Shown here in pieces: positions 47,991-56,245 of a stretch of 64,000 nt of DNA. The notes beneath the pieces were generated by a model. The model ran no database searches. It saw only the letters and a program-made list of their open reading frames with translations, and had not been told where the DNA came from. Location: positions 7,901-71,900 of the IMG/VR virus record IMGVR_UViG_3300037455_001046; one strand, written 5' to 3'. Numbering within the stretch: position 1 is the first letter of the stretch; each line of letters opens with the position of its first letter. A program made the translations under genes and the position numbers. Origin of the DNA: a virus. Its lineage: Duplodnaviria; Caudoviricetes.

Positions 47991-50528
47991 CACCACCCCG
48001 TCCGGCATGGCTTACGGGATCAAGGCGAACTATTTCAAGAACGCAAGCCTGACGACCCTCACAGGGGGGGGGGCATCACTTCCCCTGTACCGGCGTGATG
48101 GAGATTTATGAAGACGACTCCCCTCAACACGGACATTGACGGCAACGCCTCCACCATCCTGGCGGGATACTACAAGTACGGCGTGGCGACCTTGATGCTC
48201 GGCAACTACGGAACGAGCGGAACAATAATCCTTGAGGCATATGAAAGCCCTATCGGCGCGGAATCCGCAGAAGAACTACGGCAGGGCTGAGTGGAGCGAC
48301 ATCGCCGCCACCCTGCTGGCAACGGACTACAAAGCCCCCCCCCTGTGCCTGATCTATGAAGATTGTACCAATCAACACGACGGCTGACGGCTGCGCGTTC
48401 GCGATACGGACTGGGTATGAGCGCCACGCCTACCTCAATGGGATGACTCGGGGGGGGGGGCTTCTATCCGGCAACGGGAGTCCTGGAGGTCGAGGACGAT
48501 ACTCAACGCCTGTGCGGATGGGACTTGCAAGACGATATTCGCCCGGCTGGGACGGCTGAGTTGGGAGAACTACCTCGGTAGGCTGGAACACGGCGGCTGG
48601 GATTGCCAAATGACCTGCATTCTTGAAACCTATGAAGATTGACGACACCATCCTGAAGGTCCGATTTACGCGAAACCGTATCGAGGGAATCCTGAACTAT
48701 CCGTACATATTTCTCCCTCATACACCCTCCCGCCCATGTGTCTTCGACTCGTTCCACGGCACAATCGGATTCTACATTTTCCCTTTCGCAGTAACCACGC
48801 GGATCAACGCCAGCAACCAAGTATTCCTGAAGGTCTATGAAGACGTGGATGATCCCGCTCAAGGGCAAGGGGCATGAGGTCACGGCGCGGAACATCGCGC
48901 TGGGGGAGCCTATGGAACTCGCCCGGCCCTTGACCACGGACGAATGGGACAACGCATTGCTATATGAGAAACAAGAGGCTGATGTGGGTCACGGAGAAGG
49001 CCTTTAGGATGCGATTAGGGGGGGGGGCAGTACGAACTCGACGGATACAACCAGCAGGTGCTGACAGACGGGGTATCCTACGCCATCACGACCCGCACCT
49101 TCGGCGACAACAACCATTTCCTGCTGGAGGTAGATGAATGACTCGATAAGAATCCGCCAGGCCACGAAGAGGGGCTACATTGAAGTTCCACGGGGGGGGT
49201 GTTCGACGGGTCGTACCTTACAAGCAAGACACGCAGGGGCAGATACCAGAACGGCCTCTGCCCGACGCTGACCGCCGGGGAGCCGGAGATATACTACTAT
49301 GAAGGAATCGAAGAAGCCTGAAGGCCTGTGGTACAACGGGCGCTTCTGCCCGGTCTGGAGTTCGCTCCATTGGAATGCCACAACGGGCTTCTATAGGGGG
49401 GGGCTTAAAGACCTCGCGAGGGCATGCAAATGCGATGACTCGCTTGCAGTCGTAGTTGAATATGACACCGAAACTGATACGGATAGGTAACATTTACGGA
49501 TCACAATACGGCCCCTCATTCGCCGGCAATGTCTATAATCCGTCAGGCTTATCCCCGGCGATAATGACTATGCAGGGGGGGGGCAGAGAACCGATGATAG
49601 CGACCTATGAGGACGGACGAGACGATATGCCTCAACAGCAAGGTTGACGGGAAGCAGCCATCTCTTGCCGATCGGATATACTACGGGGGGGGGTGTATGA
49701 CGGCGATCACTACCGGCTGGCATCAGTATGTGCTTTATGAAGAAGATAATGGTCCGATACCCTCACGGGTACTATAGGGGGGGGGCATGGGAGAACGAGT
49801 ATTCACCGACCCTGACCACATCCGCCTGGGAGTTCAACAACTATGTCCTTGAGATTGATTGCCACGATGGTGATGACGCGGGAGCGGAGCGAGGAGGAGA
49901 AACGCCGTAGGCATCTCCACGGAGACCGCGGCGCGAAGTTCAGCAAGGGAAAGATTCCAAAGCTCGCCCCCCCCCCATATCATAGGAACGATAACCACTT
50001 TCATCACGAAGGACATCCTGATAGCGGAGATATATGATGATCGGTAACATCTACCCATCGAACGGCCAGAACGGCGAGATACACACCACGGGCGACTGCT
50101 CCCCGGCAATCATATCCGGGCAGGGCGTAAAGGGCAGAGGCATCGGAAGCTGCAACGCGCCGAAGATCATCCTATACGACGACTACAACCACAAGATTGC
50201 CCCCCCCTATGGGTCGGTACGGTAGTCCAGAACTTCGGCCGGTCCGCCTGGCGCAACGGCTGGAAACTGATAGAGATCTATGAAGGCGATGCAGAGGGTG
50301 GGCGACAGGGATAAGACCTGCTGGAGCGTCAAGGACATCGCGTTCACGATAACCGCCAACGCCCAGAGCAAGGTTCAGCTGATAGTTGACTATGAAACCG
50401 CAGATAATCCCGATCGGGATGATATGGAAGAGTGAGGCCAACGGCTGGGTGTATCATAGGGGGGGGGGCTCTCCCCGACCCTGTGCTGCGGCGCGCATAA
50501 CGGAGTACAACCAAAGATTAATGACAAT
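47959..50528 (+). other. Array of about 17 TRD-like mini-ORF cassettes between the two methyltransferase halves
   Basis: Cassette starts at 47959, 48108, 48241, 48356, (~48490, no ATG), 48632, 48837, 48964, 49134, 49299, 49462, 49607, 49737, ~49843, 50034, 50280 and 50392. Modules resemble C5-MTase variable-region units (IGNIY..G.VY...G.SP.I; RQATKRGY...KTRRGR...CPTL), most ending [ILV]xYE. Confidence 0.75.
48064..50468. repeat. Twelve poly-G/poly-C homopolymer tracts (8-11 nt)
   Basis: G10 48064, C9 48335, G11 48450, G10 49018, G8 49192, G8 49396, G9 49575, G9 49685, G9 49777, C10 49967, C8 50200, G10 50459. Confidence 0.9.
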
Positions 50529-50807
50529 ATGGCAAAGATTTATCGTATCAGGAAGCTCACTCCGCGCGAGTGCGGAAGACTTATGGGATGCAGTGATGCG
50601 GACCTTGATAGAATGATCCGCTACCCCTATCGGCCTGATGAAAACGGAGAGTGGACTCTACCGAAAGGCGTAGATGAACAGATGGCAAAAAAGATGAGAA
50701 TAAGTGAATCTCAACTTTATAAATGTTTCGGGAATAGCATTGTCGTTCAAGTCCTTGAAGGGATTTTCACTCAATTACTGAGGGCCGATGGAGACTGCCT
50801 TTTTTGA
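50529..50807 (+). CDS. C5-cytosine DNA methyltransferase, C-terminal part (motifs IX-X)
   Basis: RIRKLTPRECGRLMG (IX) and QLYKCFGNSIVVQVL (X). The same frame extends upstream to the G10 tract at 50459. Confidence 0.85.
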   Translation: MAKIYRIRKLTPRECGRLMGCSDADLDRMIRYPYRPDENGEWTLPKGVDEQMAKKMRISESQLYKCFGNSIVVQVLEGIFTQLLRADGDCLF

Positions 50808-51357
50808 AGAATGGAAAGACATAGCCGGTTTTGAGGGGGTATATCAGGTATCTACCCTCGGACGTGTCCGCTCATGTGATAGATACCTCCGAGCATGCCA
50901 CGGAGGCAGACAGTTTAAAAAAGGACAAATAATAAGTCCCAAACGAATGCGGAACGGCTACTTTACCGTCGGTCTAAGTTATAACGGTAGGGTTAAGCGC
51001 ATGTATATTCATAGGCTTGTGGCAACGGTTTTCTTGTCTAATCCGAATTCCTATCCAGAAATAAACCACAGGGATGAGGATAAAGGGAATAACCGCTTTG
51101 ACAACCTGGAATGGTGTTCTCATAGGTACAACATCAATTATGGTACGACCGCGAAGAGAATAAGCATATCCCACCTCAATGGTGGATATGGGAAAAAACC
51201 AGTTGCGCAGCTCAAAGATGGGGTAGAAGTCGCCAGATACGATAGCGCCGCAGATGCATCAAGAGCAACGGGCATTGACGCCTCCGCGATCCGAAAGGTA
51301 TGTTTATCTAAGGAAAAGCACAACACGGCTGGCGGGTTCAGGTGGGTCTCCGTTTAG
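50788..51357 (+). mobile_element. NUMOD4-HNH-NUMOD1 free-standing homing endonuclease
   Basis: EEWKDIAGFEGVYQVSTLGRVRS (NUMOD4), IHRLVA...NHRDEDKGNNRFDNLEWC (HNH), YDSAADASRATG (NUMOD1); low GC. Confidence 0.88.
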
Positions 51358-51659
51358 GCGTCTTTGCTCAACTCTTTATTTTGACAATCATTGGGGCGAA
51401 TTCTTCTTTTCTCGTCAAGACATCAAGGCGGCGTAACGCCCCCGCCGCCGACTTTCAACGGGCTCCGCCGCCGGTGTACAAACCAGGCAAGCATTACAAA
51501 TCCGTCCGCTGGTCGCGGAGTCCGATTTTGAGCCATACCAAAGGATAAGCCGTACGTTATGAATTGATTATTGGTTGGTTGCAGTCCGGGCGGAACGCTT
51601 ATCGCCGCCCTTTGACATACCAGGCACACGAAACACAACACCTTAACACACACAACACC

Positions 51660-52082
51660 ATGAAAGAGAACAATGAAGTGCAGCCGGCACAGGCCGCTGC
51701 CGCGGGATTCCCCGCCCTCAAGAACCTGCCCGACCTCTCCAAGTGCGAGGTCGAGCCCATCGAGCTCGTCGGAGACTACTGGTCTCCCGAAACCGCCGGC
51801 GAGAAGAAGCGCGTCTTCTTCTACGACTTCTCCACGCAGTCCGTCCTCGACCAGGCCACGGGCGAGGAGCGCGACCTGAACATCGTCCGCTTCATCGAAC
51901 CCACGGGCGGCGACTACCGCCTCATCCGCAACGGCAGCGCCCGCCTCGTCGGCCAGTTCGAGCAGATGGCGCGCTCGCTCTCCGTGGGCGACGCCTTCGA
52001 GATCACCTATCTCGGCAAGAAGAAGACCACGACCGGCAAGCAGGCCGACTCCTGGAGCGTCAAACGGATCATCCTGAAGTAG
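51660..52082 (+). CDS. Putative single-stranded DNA-binding (OB-fold) protein
   Basis: 140 aa, beta-rich with FEITYLGKKKT; next to the exonuclease; A/C-rich leader. Confidence 0.45.
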   Translation: MKENNEVQPAQAAAAGFPALKNLPDLSKCEVEPIELVGDYWSPETAGEKKRVFFYDFSTQSVLDQATGEERDLNIVRFIEPTGGDYRLIRNGSARLVGQFEQMARSLSVGDAFEITYLGKKKTTTGKQADSWSVKRIILK

Positions 52083-52084
52083 CC

Positions 52085-53269
52085 ATGGACGCACAGCAAG
52101 CGAAGAACCTCCTCGGCGTCGATGACCGCGATCTCTTCAGCGTCCTTGACGCACCGACCGAGGAGACTGCACAGCAGCCCGTGCAGCTCCAGTTCGACCG
52201 CGACGAGTACCTCGACTTCGAGCAACTGAAATGGCTGCTCGCCGAGGCTCCCGTATCCGGCACGAAAAAGCCGTCCTGCAAGTCTCTCAGCGTCCATGGG
52301 CGCGTCGTGCAGGACAAGATGCAAAAGTACCTTGACGCGCGCGGAGAGAGCTCCAGCGCCCTGAAAGAGGCCTTGAAAAGCCCGCGCCACTACCTGATCT
52401 ACAAGAACGAGAAACAGCTGGAGGAGGACAAGACCCACTTCACGCTCGGCACGTTCATCCACTCCGCCTTCCTTGAGCCCACGAAGTTCAACAAGGTGAA
52501 GGTTCTGCCCGAGGCGAACAAGTCGTCGAAGGCCGGCGTCCAGACGCTCATCAAGTTCTACTGGGAGCTGCTCTGCCGTCCGCACACCCTGCTGGACGAT
52601 GCGAACATGAACGACCTGAAGGACATCCTCCTCGACCTGGAGACGGCGGCCGCCGCCCAGGGTTACACGTTCATCTCGCCCGACATGCTCAAGGTCGTGG
52701 ACATCATCCGCGCCTCCTACAAGACCTACGGCGGCGGCATCCTGCCGAAGCTGGTGTCGCTTGGCCGCACGGAGGTGTCGATGTACGGCAAGGACCCCGG
52801 CACCGGCCTCAGGGTCAAGATCCGCCCCGACTGCATGCTCCTGGAGGAGCAGATCGGCGCGAACGTCATCTTGTCCGTGAAGAGCACCAGCGCGACGAGC
52901 ATCGAGGGTTTCATGCGTGACGCGGCGAAATACCGCTACCACCTGGCGGAGGGGATGTATCTCCAGGTCGCCAGCGAGGTCACGGGCCGCCATTTCGCGG
53001 GTACGCTGATGCTGGTCGCCCAGACCGTCGTGCCGTACCAGTGCTTCCTGCTCTGGCTCGACGCCGAAGACCTCGCCTGTGGCAAGTACGCCTACCAGCA
53101 GGCCATCGACATCGTGCGCCAATGCAAGGACGCCGATTCGTGGCCGGGCTTCGAGACCTACGCCGAGGAGGACGCCCACGGCATCATCCAGGCACGGTTC
53201 CCCGCGTGGATCAAGAACGAACTCAAACCGCAGTACATACCCGAACTCTCGACGGATAACATCGACTGA
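52085..53269 (+). CDS. PD-(D/E)XK exonuclease (RecE/Exo VIII-like)
   Basis: SSSALKEALKSPRHY, LGTFIHSAFLEP, KIRPDC and LSVKST motifs; start at TAGCCATG. Confidence 0.75.
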   Translation: MDAQQAKNLLGVDDRDLFSVLDAPTEETAQQPVQLQFDRDEYLDFEQLKWLLAEAPVSGTKKPSCKSLSVHGRVVQDKMQKYLDARGESSSALKEALKSPRHYLIYKNEKQLEEDKTHFTLGTFIHSAFLEPTKFNKVKVLPEANKSSKAGVQTLIKFYWELLCRPHTLLDDANMNDLKDILLDLETAAAAQGYTFISPDMLKVVDIIRASYKTYGGGILPKLVSLGRTEVSMYGKDPGTGLRVKIRPDCMLLEEQIGANVILSVKSTSATSIEGFMRDAAKYRYHLAEGMYLQVASEVTGRHFAGTLMLVAQTVVPYQCFLLWLDAEDLACGKYAYQQAIDIVRQCKDADSWPGFETYAEEDAHGIIQARFPAWIKNELKPQYIPELSTDNID

Positions 53270-53271
53270 CG

Positions 53272-54033
53272 ATGGCGAAGAAACGCTGGATAAAGGTCTA
53301 TTACGACATGGTGGGATGGGAGTGGTACAACACTCCTGGGATGCTCGACCTTTGGGTCCGGCTGCTGCTCAACGCCGACGAGAACGGGGTCGTCGAGATC
53401 TCGGTGAACAGGTTCGCCCAGGAGTGCGGGGTCTCCCGCCAGAGACTCCGCACGATGCTGGGCAACCTTGTTTTAACCAAGCAGATAACCAAGTCCGCAA
53501 CCAAGTCCCCAACCAAGTCTGCAACCAAGTTAATCATCTGCAACTATGCGAGTTATCAAGGGTCGCCACCAAGTTCGCAACCAAGTCTGCAACCAAGTTC
53601 GCAACCAAGTTCGCAACCAAGTTTTAACCAAGTAGACGAGGCCGTACCTATTTCCTCTTCTTCGAAGAGTAAACATAATAGAGAACAAGAAAAGAAAGAA
53701 ATACTAAAGAAAGAAAGTCCGGCCAACGAGAAATTCCTCCATTTCCTCGAGTGGATAAAGAAGAACGCCCCCCGCGTCGCGATGCTCGAGAAGCCGTTCA
53801 CGGAGGCGCAGTATGAGAAACTCAGGCTGGAGTTCACGGGCGAGGAGATGAAGGAGATCCTCACGCAGATGAACAACTACAAGCCGCTCCTGTCGAAGTA
53901 CGTCAGCGCCTACGACACCTGCCGCAACTGGCTGGCCAGGGAACGTGAGAGGGGATCGCCGGCGACCGCCGCCCCGAAGAAAACAAACCAAACCACGACA
54001 AAATCCGTCAACTCACTATGGAATCGAGATTAG
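53272..54033 (+). CDS. Replication initiator (lambda O / DnaD-like) containing the origin repeats
   Basis: N-terminal wHTH (SVNRFAQECGVSRQRLRTML), central repeat linker, C-terminal helical domain; upstream of a helicase loader. Confidence 0.72.
   Translation: MAKKRWIKVYYDMVGWEWYNTPGMLDLWVRLLLNADENGVVEISVNRFAQECGVSRQRLRTMLGNLVLTKQITKSATKSPTKSATKLIICNYASYQGSPPSSQPSLQPSSQPSSQPSFNQVDEAVPISSSSKSKHNREQEKKEILKKESPANEKFLHFLEWIKKNAPRVAMLEKPFTEAQYEKLRLEFTGEEMKEILTQMNNYKPLLSKYVSAYDTCRNWLARERERGSPATAAPKKTNQTTTKSVNSLWNRD
53475..53636. repeat. Iteron-like 12-bp repeats AACCAAGTYYGC (5 + 6 copies): probable replication origin
   Basis: Copies at 53475, 53487, 53499, 53511, 53523 and at 53567, 53579, 53591, 53603, 53615, 53626. 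Confidence 0.75.
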
Positions 54034-54710
54034 ACATCAAGGCATTGCTCAAGGACTGGCAGATGGCGTCCGCCATCCAGCGCCACTGCGTGGTCGTGCC
54101 GTTCGAGGACGTGATGTCGCTGATCTGGGAGATCGGCCGCCGCCTGTGCCCCGACTTCTCCCTGGACGGCAAGAACGGGTTCGTCTACCGCAACATCGCC
54201 CTGTGGATGCTCGGCAGCCAGGAGACCCTGGCGCAAGACGCCTCAGGCCAGATCGTCCGCGGCGACATCACAAGGGGTTTGTACCTCGCCGGACCCACGG
54301 GAACGGGGAAGACGCTCTGCATGCGCGTGTTCCATAATTTCGCCAAGTGCCTCGGCCTGAACTACACGATAGGGGACAAGCTCCAGTACATAGACCTGAA
54401 CTTCTACCGCGCCGACCTGATCTGCGACGACTACGCCAAGGAGGGCGACCTCCAGAAATTCAAGCAGATGCCGATCCTCTCCATCGAGGATCTCGGCAGC
54501 GAGAATCAGGAGACGCTCTACATGGGCAACCGCCGCAACGTCATCCAGAGCATCCTCGAGGCGCGCGGCGACCGCCCTCTCCAGCTGACGAACATCACCA
54601 GCAACATCCCCATAGAACATCTCGGGGATACCTACGGCGATCGCGTCCAGAGCCGCGCCTACTCGATGTTCAACTACTACATCCTGTCCGGCAGCGACCG
54701 AAGAAAATAG
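54018..54710 (+). CDS. DnaC/IstB-like AAA+ helicase loader
   Basis: Walker A GPTGTGKT, Walker B LSIEDLG, TNITSN and RVQSR. Confidence 0.82.
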   Translation: MESRLDIKALLKDWQMASAIQRHCVVVPFEDVMSLIWEIGRRLCPDFSLDGKNGFVYRNIALWMLGSQETLAQDASGQIVRGDITRGLYLAGPTGTGKTLCMRVFHNFAKCLGLNYTIGDKLQYIDLNFYRADLICDDYAKEGDLQKFKQMPILSIEDLGSENQETLYMGNRRNVIQSILEARGDRPLQLTNITSNIPIEHLGDTYGDRVQSRAYSMFNYYILSGSDRRK

Positions 54711-54717
54711 AACCATC

Positions 54718-55029
54718 ATGATAATCACGCTTATGAAACCAAGAAACATTAACCCGAATCCACACAGGAGCCGGTCGCAGAAGGCCGCCATCCTGAAGTA
54801 CCTCCAGGCCGGAGGTACGCTCACCCCGCTGGAGGCCGTGCGGATCATCGGAACGATGAAGCTCGCCACGCGCGTATCCGAACTCATCAGCGAAGGCCAC
54901 TCCGAAATCAGGAAGCGGATGGTCTACGTCATGCCGGACGGCCTCGGCGGCCATCCCTACCGCAACGAACTCGTCCGCGTGATGCAGTATTACATTCCCG
55001 CGGAACTCAGGAAACCAGCCAAGGCTTAA
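54718..55029 (+). CDS. Winged-helix DNA-binding protein
   Basis: ILKYLQAGGTLTPLEAVRIIGTMKLATRVSEL pattern. Confidence 0.65.
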   Translation: MIITLMKPRNINPNPHRSRSQKAAILKYLQAGGTLTPLEAVRIIGTMKLATRVSELISEGHSEIRKRMVYVMPDGLGGHPYRNELVRVMQYYIPAELRKPAKA

Positions 55030-55120
55030 ACATACGATCCTGGGCGGACTCCGACCCCTTAAACCAAAAACAAGAGGAATTGCGATGTGTTATTGGGGTT
55101 CGCCCAGGGTTTCAATAGCT

Positions 55121-55273
55121 ATGTACCAGATATCAAATACCGACTACGCCACGATGCTGCGCACGCTCCGCGCCTTCTGCGAGACCAAGGGGACTACCAT
55201 CCGCGAACAGGAGGATCGGAGGAAAGCCGCGCTGCTGCGGCGGAAGCTGGAAAGGAAGAACAGGATAGACTAA
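55121..55273 (+). CDS. Small hypothetical protein
   Basis: 50-aa ORF starting at AGCTATG. Confidence 0.5.
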   Translation: MYQISNTDYATMLRTLRAFCETKGTTIREQEDRRKAALLRRKLERKNRID

Positions 55274-55285
55274 AAACACACAACT

Positions 55286-55435
55286 ATGGACTACAAGAAA
55301 CAAGAAGAGCTGGCGGAGCTCGCCAGGCCGCTCCAGGAGTGGCTGATGAAGAACTATGGGCCGCATAACGAGATCATCGTCGACTTCAACGGCGTGAGCG
55401 TCAAGGAGAGTACGATGTTCACAAGGATCATGTAG
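55286..55435 (+). CDS. Small hypothetical protein (49 aa, not in the ORF track)
   Basis: MDYKKQEELAELARPLQEWL...; A/C-rich leader. Confidence 0.5.
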   Translation: MDYKKQEELAELARPLQEWLMKNYGPHNEIIVDFNGVSVKESTMFTRIM

Positions 55436-55437
55436 GG

Positions 55438-56244
55438 ATGGGAACAAACGACACAAGATACGAGGCCGCGCTGGAGCGCGCCCGCAAGCTCCGTGACTCG
55501 CAATACCAGACGATGAATGCCAGGAGGGTCGTGGAGGAGATCTTCCCCGAGCTCGCCGAGAGCGAGGACGAGAGGATAAGGAAAAGAATCAAATTGTGCC
55601 TTGAAGAGTGTGTGCATGGTGACATTATTCGCGACTATGAGGCGGAGAGTGCTATTACCTGGCTCGAAAAGCAAATAGAGCAGAAGCCTGGTGATATAGA
55701 ACGAGAATGGTACAACAAAGGCTATCTTGAAGGTAGGAAGAATGCACATATTCCGGCAAGAGAATTAGGACTGCCTAAAAAATACGATGTGTTCAATGAG
55801 CAGAAGCCCGCAGAGAAACAAGACTACTCTGGCCTCTCCGACCTTGAACGAGCAATCCATCGGGGTTTTCTTGTAGCTGGTGTGGAGAATGTCCCTGTCA
55901 CCATCATCAAGGAGACGGCACAAGAATGTCAGCGAAGGATTAAGCCCGCAGAGTGGAGCGAGGGGGATGAGGCATTTATAGACTTACTTATCGGTATTCT
56001 CAATACTGAACATCCAAATGGTTTATTCACAATGAGCCCGGAGCAGTCAGCTGCATTAAAATGTGAGCTAATGCCCGTAAATAGAATCATTGACTGGCTC
56101 AAATCCCTCCGTCCCCAGCCTCATTGGAAGCCCAGCGAGGAGCAGATGGCGGGACTTTGCAGAGGCATTTTAAATACAAGTGAAGGTTCAGATGCCAGAG
56201 AAGCTCTTGAATCTCTCTATGCTGACCTCAAAAAACTGATGTAA
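55438..56244 (+). CDS. Accessory protein with KPAE/WKPSEEQM repeats
   Basis: Modular QKPAE..., KPAEWSEGDE and WKPSEEQM segments; low GC. Confidence 0.65.
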   Translation: MGTNDTRYEAALERARKLRDSQYQTMNARRVVEEIFPELAESEDERIRKRIKLCLEECVHGDIIRDYEAESAITWLEKQIEQKPGDIEREWYNKGYLEGRKNAHIPARELGLPKKYDVFNEQKPAEKQDYSGLSDLERAIHRGFLVAGVENVPVTIIKETAQECQRRIKPAEWSEGDEAFIDLLIGILNTEHPNGLFTMSPEQSAALKCELMPVNRIIDWLKSLRPQPHWKPSEEQMAGLCRGILNTSEGSDAREALESLYADLKKLM

Positions 56245-56245
56245 T

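Noticed and set aside
47959-50528. A single long methyltransferase ORF broken only by homopolymer errors
   Set aside because: Correcting the tracts does not give one frame: every junction still has a +1 offset with in-frame stops, including cassettes without tracts. Sequencing error may still explain individual tract lengths.
47959-50528. Intron or intein interrupting the methyltransferase
   Set aside because: No RT/maturase, LAGLIDADG or intein terminal motifs; the insert consists of TRD-like units.
53475-53636. Short repeats as a CRISPR array
   Set aside because: 12-bp tandem units with no unique spacers and no cas genes; they lie inside a CDS.
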